DNA from: an uncultured virus (IMG/VR IMGVR_UViG_3300012347_000249)
Taxonomy: Duplodnaviria > Heunggongvirae > Uroviricota > Caudoviricetes
Virus record (IMG/VR): IMGVR_UViG_3300012347_000249
Length of the DNA: 20,000 bases
Strand: one strand, 5' to 3'
The position numbers were made by a program, and so were the translations under genes. The notes under the pieces were generated by a model that saw only the letters and a list, made by a program, of their open reading frames with translations, was not told the DNA's origin and made no database searches. Positions 1 through 8,400 of this stretch are shown piece after piece (within the stretch, counting starts at the first letter, position 1; every line of letters begins with the position of its first letter).

Positions 1-2
1 TC

Positions 3-812
3 ATGCTGCCCGAGTTTACATTCGAGAGTGCAGAAGCACACATGGATTCGTTGTTAGAAAACGATGACTTTGCACCAAGCAAACGTGCTGCCACTAATAT
101 AGCTGCAAGCGGCTGGAGACGAGGTGGAGAGCGTACAGGTAGTTTAAAGGGCTACGTAGAAACAACTTTTGATCACATTAAAAGTGTGTTTGGCGACCCA
201 ATAGATGGGCCAACCGACAAGCCATATGATAAAGTATCCTGCGAGTGGATCGTGACATTCAAAGATGGCACTGTAGCATCAATTTACGATTACAAAACCG
301 GCAAAACCCCAATGAATCTATATCGTTGGCACATTGGCGGGAATAATGCAAGAGCCGTTGAGTATGTAACTCACCTATTAGGCATTGAAGGCGAAGTATA
401 CGAAGGGCAAGAAGTATTTGAAAATGCTCCAGCATTGCTAAAAGCAGAAATGCCATTGGTTCGTGAAATTGAACAAAGCATGGCAGATAACGGATACCAA
501 AAAGGCACAGAAGAATACACAAAAGTATTTGATCATATGTTGGCATTCCATCGCAAATTTGGTAACGCCAGCAGAATTAACCAACCGGACCCTGTTAATA
601 AGTTTAACCACAATCCCGACGACAATTGGTCTGCAGACTTTGAGCGCCGTATGAAAGTTAGTGAAATGACCGCAGGTGGCACAGGTGCAGGCGGATTTGC
701 AACAGGCCCTACTGCTGGTGGTACATTTAAAAAGACAACAGGTGTTCCTAAAAAAGTTAAAAATACTCTACGTAGAATATCACCTAAAATTGGCACAGGA
801 ATTTACAAATGA
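3..812 (+). CDS. Modular putative head-packaged polyprotein, probably 5'-truncated by the window edge
   Basis: ORF starts at the window edge. Putative processing sites LLE|NDDFAP, VFE|NA and VSE|MTAGGTGAGGFA. The first module (SLKGYV..FGDP..DKV..EW..ASIYDYK..WHIGG) looks like a small domain I recall from phage hypotheticals. Basic C-terminus. Stop overlaps next ATG (ATGA). Confidence 0.75.
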   Translation: MLPEFTFESAEAHMDSLLENDDFAPSKRAATNIAASGWRRGGERTGSLKGYVETTFDHIKSVFGDPIDGPTDKPYDKVSCEWIVTFKDGTVASIYDYKTGKTPMNLYRWHIGGNNARAVEYVTHLLGIEGEVYEGQEVFENAPALLKAEMPLVREIEQSMADNGYQKGTEEYTKVFDHMLAFHRKFGNASRINQPDPVNKFNHNPDDNWSADFERRMKVSEMTAGGTGAGGFATGPTAGGTFKKTTGVPKKVKNTLRRISPKIGTGIYK

Positions 813-2785
813 GCGACATGAAACGTCTACTAGAAAAGATGACTCAATTTGCTGGTCAAGCAGTTGGGCAAAAGCCCGGTGATCAAGTTCGCGGCACAGA
901 GAAGGCAACCAAACGTAAAGATAACAAGCATCCGTTTGCCGGTCGCTTAGTTGGGGCTAGCGAAAGCAAAAGCCTATTAGCTGATTTAGAAAAAGAGCTA
1001 GTTGAAGGTGCGGTTAAGCGTAGCCTAGCAGAACAGTTTGCTGAGTTTAAAGAAACTAAGGTTGCATACGATAAGCAAACTGGGCAAATGGGAGTAGATA
1101 ACTCAGATCCAGATCAACGCCACGGATTATATATTAACGGTAAACTAGTTAAGACTGTAAATGGCGCAGATGCAGCCAACAACTTAAAGAAACGTGATCC
1201 ACGCTTTAAGGATGCAACTGTTAAGAAGATTGCAGAATCTGACGATATGTTTGCAGATCGTCAATCTCAGAAAATCGGGCAAGCTATTATCAAAGCCGGC
1301 AAAAGTGTAATAGAAGATGCACCACATATGTGGCCAGACGATAAAGAAATGATTGAATTTACCATTATCGATGGCAAAGACATGATCAAGATTGGCAAGA
1401 CATTCATTGAACAAGGTATGTCTGCTGGCGAAGATGCGTTCTGGGACGTAGACACCGCAGTGCGTGATCAAATGTATGACGCTGTTCTTGATATTGGCAT
1501 CGACCTAAATGATGTATTGCTTGATGAACAGCAAGATGTGGCAGAAGGCTCTAATGTAGATTCGCAAATCAAACGAATCAAAGACAGAATCCTACAACTC
1601 AAGGATTGGAATACAACTGGCTCACATGACAAGAAAATTAAAGAACTACAAACAAGACTAAAAGAACTACGGTCACAAAAGCAAAGTGTGGCGGAAGAAA
1701 TGACGCCGGCTGGCGAATTTCTAAACAAACAAGAACGCTTGAAAGCTGGCGACAAAGTTTATTACAAAGGCCGTGTAGTTGGTATTGCAACGGGCGACAT
1801 GGATGACGACCGTGTGGTGTTTAAGCCAGTGCCTGGATATGGAACTAACCCCAACTTTGCTAGCTTGCCAATTGATTTAATCAGTTTGAGAGAAAGCAAT
1901 CAGTTTAGCGACTTAGAAATTGCTATCATGGAAGGCGGCAACTCTCTAGAAGAGTTAGATGAGACTCGTTTGATCCACAGTGATTCCAAAGTTAACATAT
2001 TCTACAAGCCAGGACACAATCAAACTAAAGCTCAGATGGTAGCACGTATGGTCCCAAACAGCCAGGTTGATCGCATTATTGCATCGTTGGTAAACAAGTT
2101 CGGGGTTAAGTCAACAGATTTTGAATGGCATCCTGGCGATCGTGATCAGTATAAGTTTACCAATGAAGATGCCGAGTCTTTTGGATACAAGAGTTTACAT
2201 CCAGAAATATTTAAAGCACGTCAACAATTCCCAATGGCCAAGAGCGATATGGAAGCGTTGTTGATGTATGTGCAATCGCAAGAAGAACAAGACATTGATC
2301 GTGTTGACCGTGTAAACGATCGCGAAGATGCAGAGATTGAACAGCTTGACAAAGAAGAAGATTCATTAGAAAGCCGACTAGAAGCATTAACTGCACAGTT
2401 GGAAAAATTAAAGACAAAAGCAAAAACTGTTAAAGAAGAAGTTCCTGCACCAGTTGCAACCGCAGGTGGTCCAGCTGGAGCCAATCAACCAAAGACTACA
2501 CCGCCTGGTGCTACTCCAGCAGTTGATCCTGCACAGCAAGCATTACTAAAACAAAATCAATCTAAGCTACAACAAAACCTAGCAAACTTAAAGAGTGCTG
2601 GCGTACAAATTGATCCTGCAAAGGCTGCTCAGACCCTACAAAAGACTGATACCGGCGCCCCAATGAACGCAATGGATAAAGATACTATTGCACAAATGGC
2701 ACCTGCTATTGGTGACGTAATGTCAAATCCACAGACAGCAACTCAATTAAATACACTAATTAAAAAGGCTGGTGGTGGTGTGTAA
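809..2785 (+). CDS. Modular putative head-packaged polyprotein (658 aa)
   Basis: Leader MSDMKRLLE. Many [ILV]-x-E junctions (LVE|G, IAE|SDDMFA, VAE|GS, VAE|EM, LRE|S, LDE|T, VKE|E) separate short domains. Coiled-coil segments and a P/A/Q-rich C-terminal module. Confidence 0.8.
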   Translation: MSDMKRLLEKMTQFAGQAVGQKPGDQVRGTEKATKRKDNKHPFAGRLVGASESKSLLADLEKELVEGAVKRSLAEQFAEFKETKVAYDKQTGQMGVDNSDPDQRHGLYINGKLVKTVNGADAANNLKKRDPRFKDATVKKIAESDDMFADRQSQKIGQAIIKAGKSVIEDAPHMWPDDKEMIEFTIIDGKDMIKIGKTFIEQGMSAGEDAFWDVDTAVRDQMYDAVLDIGIDLNDVLLDEQQDVAEGSNVDSQIKRIKDRILQLKDWNTTGSHDKKIKELQTRLKELRSQKQSVAEEMTPAGEFLNKQERLKAGDKVYYKGRVVGIATGDMDDDRVVFKPVPGYGTNPNFASLPIDLISLRESNQFSDLEIAIMEGGNSLEELDETRLIHSDSKVNIFYKPGHNQTKAQMVARMVPNSQVDRIIASLVNKFGVKSTDFEWHPGDRDQYKFTNEDAESFGYKSLHPEIFKARQQFPMAKSDMEALLMYVQSQEEQDIDRVDRVNDREDAEIEQLDKEEDSLESRLEALTAQLEKLKTKAKTVKEEVPAPVATAGGPAGANQPKTTPPGATPAVDPAQQALLKQNQSKLQQNLANLKSAGVQIDPAKAAQTLQKTDTGAPMNAMDKDTIAQMAPAIGDVMSNPQTATQLNTLIKKAGGGV

Positions 2786-4659
2786 TGCGTATACATGATA
2801 TTTTTGAGAACAGTGGTGATGACTTATTTTCTACGCCACGTAACGAGCTAGGCAAATATATTCGTGCCGGACAGTGGGCAAGTGCTGCTATTCAATGTTT
2901 AAAATCTGGTTATCGAAACGCTCAGGTTGAGCAGAATATCATTCCTGGTATTACTCGCAGCAGCCGATCCGGTAGTGTTGCAGGTGGGGCAATTTGGTAT
3001 GATGTTAGAGATTGGTATCAAAAGTTTATTGCACCAAACGACTGGCCTGAATTGTTACAGTACGTATCTAGTCTAAAGGCCAAAGGTCCACTTAATTCTG
3101 CATTAAGACACTTGGTGAATTTTTATGCAGATGATAACCCACAACGTACCAATGAGGTATATCAACTAATAGTTGACAAAAAAGCCGTTGATGCATTGGT
3201 TTACTTCTTAACTTGGCCGGGCAACGAAAATATGAAACGTGTTCCGGAATTGGAACCATATATTATGACTAGCCCGCGTGCCGCTATGTATTATGCAGAC
3301 AGTGTGTTAGATTCACGTTGGCCCGATGCTGAGCCATATATTGCCACAGACAAAGTGTCGTGGAGCATGTATTCTGCTAGATTATTAAACACCGACAACA
3401 TGACCAAAGCAGGCCGTGCTACTAGAGATGCAGCACAGCAAGAAGCATTAAGAAGATTACCAGCAGGACACAAGAAACGTATCGCAGAAGATGAAATGTT
3501 TGCCACAAGCAATCGCAGCAAAGTATATCCTGCAATTAAATCTGTGTTAGATGGGTTTTACGACCATTATCAAGCTCTATACAATCAAGCAGATCCAGAA
3601 GCCAGCGAAGAATGGTATATTCAACTTGGCGAATATCTAAGTGACTACGACTATCTGCGTAGCGAATTAGCACGAGGCGGCATCCCTGGATTTTTAAATG
3701 GCTTAGACATGATGTCACAAGAAATCATAAATGCTATTGACAGCGAACTAGCAATCAAGCATCGGGTATTCTTGAATCAAATTGAAGATCAGAATGCTCC
3801 ACTAGACGAAGACACTGACGAATACGATGATGATATGTTTGGCTCAAGGACTACTGGTCACCCTACATATCTACTGAAAGCTAAACAAGCTCGAGAAAAA
3901 TACATCCAGCACGAAAATCAATTTGAGAAAGAATTGCGTAAACTAGGCCAACGTTTACCACAGTCGTGGGATGGAAGCAAAATGTTTAAGAAATTATCCA
4001 GTGACCCAAAGTACGCTGCGGCACTAAAACATTATGCAGCCAGTGAAAAATATGCAGGTCTAGCACAAAAATACGAAGACTTAGCACAACGTAAAGCGGT
4101 TAAGGAAGAAGACGATATGTTTTCTGATAACCGTGTAGTGATCAACCCACGCACTTTATCTAATATTACTCATCAATTATCTCGTAGATACCACAAATAT
4201 GCCGGAACTAGTGCCGAACAAGACACTGCTGATCTATATCATTCGGAGGCATATGTGCTAGAACGTGCATCGGATGCATTTCTAAATGGACTACGTGCAG
4301 GCATTAAAGAACTAGAAGACTTAGAAGATTCAACAACATGGGAAGACCTAGATGAACTTGCTGCCGACTTCAATATTAACTTATCTGCACTAATGGACAA
4401 ATACGATGCAGGTGAATTACACGAGTCTGAAGACGATGACATGTTTGCGCCAAGCAACAAACCCAACCTACAAAAGATTAGCACAGATCAACTAAGAATG
4501 CTGCACTCATTGTCTAAGACTGATTCCCGTCAAGAGTATGCATCTGCACATAAACTACAAATAGCAAGAATTGAGGCGGAAATGGCCCGTAGAGGTTTGC
4601 CAATGCGAACTCTCGACGAAGACATCAACATACCACTCGGTTCCCATAAAGGTAAGTAA
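2785..4659 (+). CDS. Modular putative head-packaged polyprotein with five DDMF-tagged modules (624 aa)
   Basis: Leader MRIHDIFE. Junctions IFE|NSGDDLFS, IAE|DEMFA, LDE|DTDEYDDDMFG, VKE|EDDMFS, LHE|SEDDDMFAP. TAATG overlap with the upstream gene. Confidence 0.8.
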   Translation: MRIHDIFENSGDDLFSTPRNELGKYIRAGQWASAAIQCLKSGYRNAQVEQNIIPGITRSSRSGSVAGGAIWYDVRDWYQKFIAPNDWPELLQYVSSLKAKGPLNSALRHLVNFYADDNPQRTNEVYQLIVDKKAVDALVYFLTWPGNENMKRVPELEPYIMTSPRAAMYYADSVLDSRWPDAEPYIATDKVSWSMYSARLLNTDNMTKAGRATRDAAQQEALRRLPAGHKKRIAEDEMFATSNRSKVYPAIKSVLDGFYDHYQALYNQADPEASEEWYIQLGEYLSDYDYLRSELARGGIPGFLNGLDMMSQEIINAIDSELAIKHRVFLNQIEDQNAPLDEDTDEYDDDMFGSRTTGHPTYLLKAKQAREKYIQHENQFEKELRKLGQRLPQSWDGSKMFKKLSSDPKYAAALKHYAASEKYAGLAQKYEDLAQRKAVKEEDDMFSDNRVVINPRTLSNITHQLSRRYHKYAGTSAEQDTADLYHSEAYVLERASDAFLNGLRAGIKELEDLEDSTTWEDLDELAADFNINLSALMDKYDAGELHESEDDDMFAPSNKPNLQKISTDQLRMLHSLSKTDSRQEYASAHKLQIARIEAEMARRGLPMRTLDEDINIPLGSHKGK

Positions 4660-4662
4660 TAT

Positions 4663-6261
4663 ATGTTTATTAATGAATTATTTGAAAATGACGACATGTT
4701 CGCTGCCAAGCGTCCCGGAAAATACTATGACTCCGATCGTCAACCACGTGAGTACCGAGTCTTTTGGGATCAGCTAATCCCTGATTCAGGAAAAGCAGAA
4801 ACCGTCGAAGGTGAAATGCTACGTGCAGTTTCTAAAATACAACACGACTTCTATAACAACGGATTTGGTAACAACTGGAGCGGGGCACTTGCTTACCTAC
4901 AGCAATATTTGCCATCATTTGGTGTTAATATTCCTCATACCTTATGGAACACTATTAGTCCGTATGCCACAGGAAGAACACATCCTAATAACCAAAAAAT
5001 AGAAAACAATATCGGCCTAGCACTTGACCAAATCACAGACGGTGTTATGGCTGCAATACGAAATAGTGATGGCAACTATCATCCTAATCGAGCAGATATG
5101 TATGACATGTCTAGTCCAACTCAATGGAGTGACGACGAAGATGATTACGACGAAGATGAAGACGATTATGAGGATGATGTTTACGAAAACGCAGACGAAA
5201 TGTTTTCAACTAGTCGGCCTCGTGTGGCTGCAAACCAGAGAGAAGAATTGCAGCGAAGAATCATTAATGCTTATAATAGGGTTAATAAAAATCATCTAGA
5301 TTACGGGGTTAGACAACTCGATGATAGCGAAGAATACCGAATCCTGAAAATTATCTATGCAGACAATCCCGATCCGTTGCAGGCGGCTCTAGAAAGAGCC
5401 AAAGAGTCAGACTTAGACGTTTTGGCTAACGATTTCGAAAAGATAGCCGACGAGCTTGATAGAGATCTACTCGAAGCATCGTTTCAGTTTGACTTAGACG
5501 ACGAACCAGAGCCTCCTAAGAAAACCCAAACTAAGGATAAGCCAAAGTTTAATCACGATCCGTTCCAACAGCAACAGGATCGCCCTTTAGCCAATCGCCA
5601 AGCAGAGCCGCAGGGCAGTGCAGCCCAACCGGCTGCTCCTAGAATGCGCCAAGCAACAGCAGCAAACACCCGTAGAGCCGCAGGAAATGTGGAACCTACG
5701 GATCAAATGCGTGATATGTTGGGTCGCATGCGAGACATTGAAATTGATCCAGACTTGGCAGACTACCCTGCCGACGAGCCTACTTTAGATATTAGTACAG
5801 AAGTTAACACTGAAAACTTGCCAGCAGTGGCAGGACAAGCAATTGCCGCAGCAGGCGAATCTAGCCCAGAGTTCCACCAAGTTGCACGTTTACCGGGCAA
5901 CATGAGTCGCATGATTCGTCAACTTGGCAAAGCATTGTTTGGCAGCATGACCAATACACCAACAGAAGACATCTACATGATTGGTAACTTAGGTGGGCAA
6001 GGTCCAAACACACGCATGGAAGTGAATGCAGTTGCTAACTTTGTTCGTGAGAACGGCAACGACATGGGCCCAGGAGATATTGATTTTGATGCAGTAATGC
6101 CAGGTTACTCTGCACAGACACATCAGTACGAAGCAGCAGGCATTCGTTGGTTGCTGGTCAAAGACTTTGCAGGTGAATACATTTATGCATGGCCAGAGGC
6201 AGATAGCAAGAACACTGGTAATACTGCACAACTAAGCAACGAGCCAAAGAGAATCAAATGA
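4663..6261 (+). CDS. Modular putative head-packaged polyprotein (532 aa)
   Basis: Leader MFINELFE|NDDMFAA; module LIPDSGKAETVEGEMLRA..YNNG; acidic linker; VYE|NADEMFS; LLE|AS; C-terminal globular domain. Confidence 0.8.
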   Translation: MFINELFENDDMFAAKRPGKYYDSDRQPREYRVFWDQLIPDSGKAETVEGEMLRAVSKIQHDFYNNGFGNNWSGALAYLQQYLPSFGVNIPHTLWNTISPYATGRTHPNNQKIENNIGLALDQITDGVMAAIRNSDGNYHPNRADMYDMSSPTQWSDDEDDYDEDEDDYEDDVYENADEMFSTSRPRVAANQREELQRRIINAYNRVNKNHLDYGVRQLDDSEEYRILKIIYADNPDPLQAALERAKESDLDVLANDFEKIADELDRDLLEASFQFDLDDEPEPPKKTQTKDKPKFNHDPFQQQQDRPLANRQAEPQGSAAQPAAPRMRQATAANTRRAAGNVEPTDQMRDMLGRMRDIEIDPDLADYPADEPTLDISTEVNTENLPAVAGQAIAAAGESSPEFHQVARLPGNMSRMIRQLGKALFGSMTNTPTEDIYMIGNLGGQGPNTRMEVNAVANFVRENGNDMGPGDIDFDAVMPGYSAQTHQYEAAGIRWLLVKDFAGEYIYAWPEADSKNTGNTAQLSNEPKRIK

Positions 6262-6968
6262 GAGCTAGTGAGTTCATACCCGAAGACATAAATCCTGACG
6301 TTTACCATCAGGATTTTTCTCATGAACTTGAGATAGACGGTATTGTATACCGAGCTAAAACACTAAAGAACGACCAACAGTTTGTTGTTAGGGCATATGC
6401 CGGCAAACAATGCATTGGATTTGCAAAGTTTCGCCTCCCACGACATGAGGGGCTATCATTATCCAGTGACTGGACTAAGGTTGCAAAGTCATATAGAAAC
6501 AAAGGCATTGCATCTAACATGTATGCGTATGCACGTATGCTAGGTAATACCATTAACCCATCTAGTTATCAACTTGACCCAGGTAGACGTATGTGGGACA
6601 AATGGCGCGAAAAAGGTGATGCTAAACACCTAAGTGAAACAGATGACGACATGTTTGCCCCGACTAAGGGCATACGAATTGCAGATGCACTGATACGTAT
6701 TGCAATCAGCGAACTTAGAGAACTAAGACACAACTTAGAAGTAGCTACAGATCCTGTTGAAAAAGACTGGACTCGTGATCAAATTACAGATATTCCACAG
6801 TTAATTGAGCTAGCTAACACCTTTAGAACAGAACCATTGTCAGTAGCACTAGATGCCGCAGAATCATTATCATTTGTATTGTCAATTGATTTTATTGACC
6901 TGCTACTGCACCACGACAACATCGACCTACGTGAGCTATTCACTGGGTGGGAACCAGAAGACAACTAA
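6258..6968 (+). CDS. GNAT-family acetyltransferase domain plus a DDMF-tagged helical module; putative head-packaged protein
   Basis: Leader MRASEFIPE; acetyl-CoA-binding motif A V-AKSYRNKGIA; downstream PSSYQLDPGRRMW; junction LSE|TDDDMFAP. Confidence 0.75.
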   Translation: MRASEFIPEDINPDVYHQDFSHELEIDGIVYRAKTLKNDQQFVVRAYAGKQCIGFAKFRLPRHEGLSLSSDWTKVAKSYRNKGIASNMYAYARMLGNTINPSSYQLDPGRRMWDKWREKGDAKHLSETDDDMFAPTKGIRIADALIRIAISELRELRHNLEVATDPVEKDWTRDQITDIPQLIELANTFRTEPLSVALDAAESLSFVLSIDFIDLLLHHDNIDLRELFTGWEPEDN

Positions 6969-6971
6969 ATA
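6965..6971 (+). promoter_or_regulatory. Probable T4-type late promoter core (CTAAATA); would give a near-leaderless mRNA
   Basis: TAAATA at 6966-6971 overlaps the upstream stop codon and lies 4 nt before ATG 6976; no Shine-Dalgarno present. Confidence 0.45.
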
Positions 6972-6975
6972 GATC

Positions 6976-8370
6976 ATGCGAGCAAAAGAATTTTTACTGT
7001 TAGAATACCGCAGAGATGTAACTGCACAAAAGATGGGCGACCGTCTTATTACATCGTTCCACGCTAAAGAGAACGGCCATTCCCTGCCTGACAATTTGTA
7101 TGGCGCATGGACAGTAGTAGATATGGTTATTCGCCCAAAGTTTCACTTTGAAGATACAATCGTAATGAATGTGTTGGGACAGAAGACCACCATCAACAAA
7201 GCAACTGCTCCGGAAATACTACAAAAAATAAAACCAGCACTAATTGATGCTATCCTAGCAGCATTGGAACAAGGCGATCCAACAGCACACAAAGAATACA
7301 CCCAATGGATTGCTGCCCGTTACATTACTGGCGACACAAAGCTAGAGGATGTTAGCAGTACCTTAAGAGAATATCTTCATAAGTTTGTTATTCTAAAGCG
7401 TAAGAAGATTCTAAAGCCGCCAGCAAACGATATCAACAAGTACAACAGCTTTGGTAACTTCATGGACAACATGGACGAGTATGCATTGCCCGAAGATGAA
7501 GTTGCTGATAAGGGCAAAGTTACTGAAATGTACAAGGATGCGGAAGTTCGCATTGTTGTACCAGAAGATGAACCAGCAGCTTGCTACTATGGACGTGGCA
7601 CACGTTGGTGTACAGCCGCAACACAGGGCACCAACTACTTTAATCACTACAGCCGTCAAGGTCCGTTGTATATCCTGATCCCAACAAAGGCCATGTACGA
7701 AGGCGAAAAGTACCAGTTACATTTCCCTAGCGAACAGTTTATGGACGAACAGGACGAATCTGTTTCATTGGAATACGTTATCAATGAACGATTTCATTTA
7801 TTAGACTTCTTTAAACAGCAAGAGCCCGAACTCAAAGACTATGTTGCATACACTGATGAAGAGCAGTTAGCGCCATTGCTGGCAAAGATCAAAGAAGTTG
7901 CAATGGACTGGCTGTGGGACGAAGTAATGAATTGGGAACAACAAGATGATTACTATACTCAGTGGCAAGCAGAGCAGGCCCGTGAACGTGGATGGGAAGA
8001 CGAAAATGGTGAGGTCGACTGGGATCGTGTACGCGAAGACGATCACCTAAACAACTACCTAGAATACAACGACGAAGTTAGAACTTGGGTCAAAGAAGTA
8101 GAAACTGCATTAGACTACAGCCCAAAAATGGTTAAAGATTTTGCATCTGCACCTAGAGATGGACTAGACGATCAAACATACAAGATGGAAGAGCTTGACG
8201 CTTTGCTTGCACGAATAGTAAACTACGAAACTGGTAAAGCTGGTAGTCGGGAATTTGATCACATTGCCAGTGCAATTGTAGAACGCATTGGTGTACGTAA
8301 AGACAGCAATAGAATCAGCAACAATGACCCAGTCTGGACAGTGTACGTATCAGGATGGCCCAGACACTAA
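6976..8370 (+). CDS. Putative head-packaged protein with a 'DPT..K.Y' helical domain and an 'RWCTA' domain (tentatively PcfJ-like); paralog of 8401..10794
   Basis: Leader MRAKEFLLLE; motifs GDPTAHKEYTQW, ACYYGRGTRWCTAA, YFNHYSRQGPLYILIP, EKYQLHF..QFMD. Confidence 0.75.
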   Translation: MRAKEFLLLEYRRDVTAQKMGDRLITSFHAKENGHSLPDNLYGAWTVVDMVIRPKFHFEDTIVMNVLGQKTTINKATAPEILQKIKPALIDAILAALEQGDPTAHKEYTQWIAARYITGDTKLEDVSSTLREYLHKFVILKRKKILKPPANDINKYNSFGNFMDNMDEYALPEDEVADKGKVTEMYKDAEVRIVVPEDEPAACYYGRGTRWCTAATQGTNYFNHYSRQGPLYILIPTKAMYEGEKYQLHFPSEQFMDEQDESVSLEYVINERFHLLDFFKQQEPELKDYVAYTDEEQLAPLLAKIKEVAMDWLWDEVMNWEQQDDYYTQWQAEQARERGWEDENGEVDWDRVREDDHLNNYLEYNDEVRTWVKEVETALDYSPKMVKDFASAPRDGLDDQTYKMEELDALLARIVNYETGKAGSREFDHIASAIVERIGVRKDSNRISNNDPVWTVYVSGWPRH

Positions 8371-8374
8371 CTCG

Positions 8375-8382
8375 TATAAATA
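8375..8382 (+). promoter_or_regulatory. T4-type late promoter TATAAATA
   Basis: Exact match to the T4 gp55-dependent late promoter consensus in a 30-nt intergenic gap, followed by AGAGGA and ATG 8401. Confidence 0.8.
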
Positions 8383-8400
8383 CTCATAAGAGGATTAGAC

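Noticed and set aside
5131..5187. Acidic D/E/Y tract as a DNA-mimic protein
   Set aside because: Short low-complexity linker before a processing site; no evidence of a folded mimic
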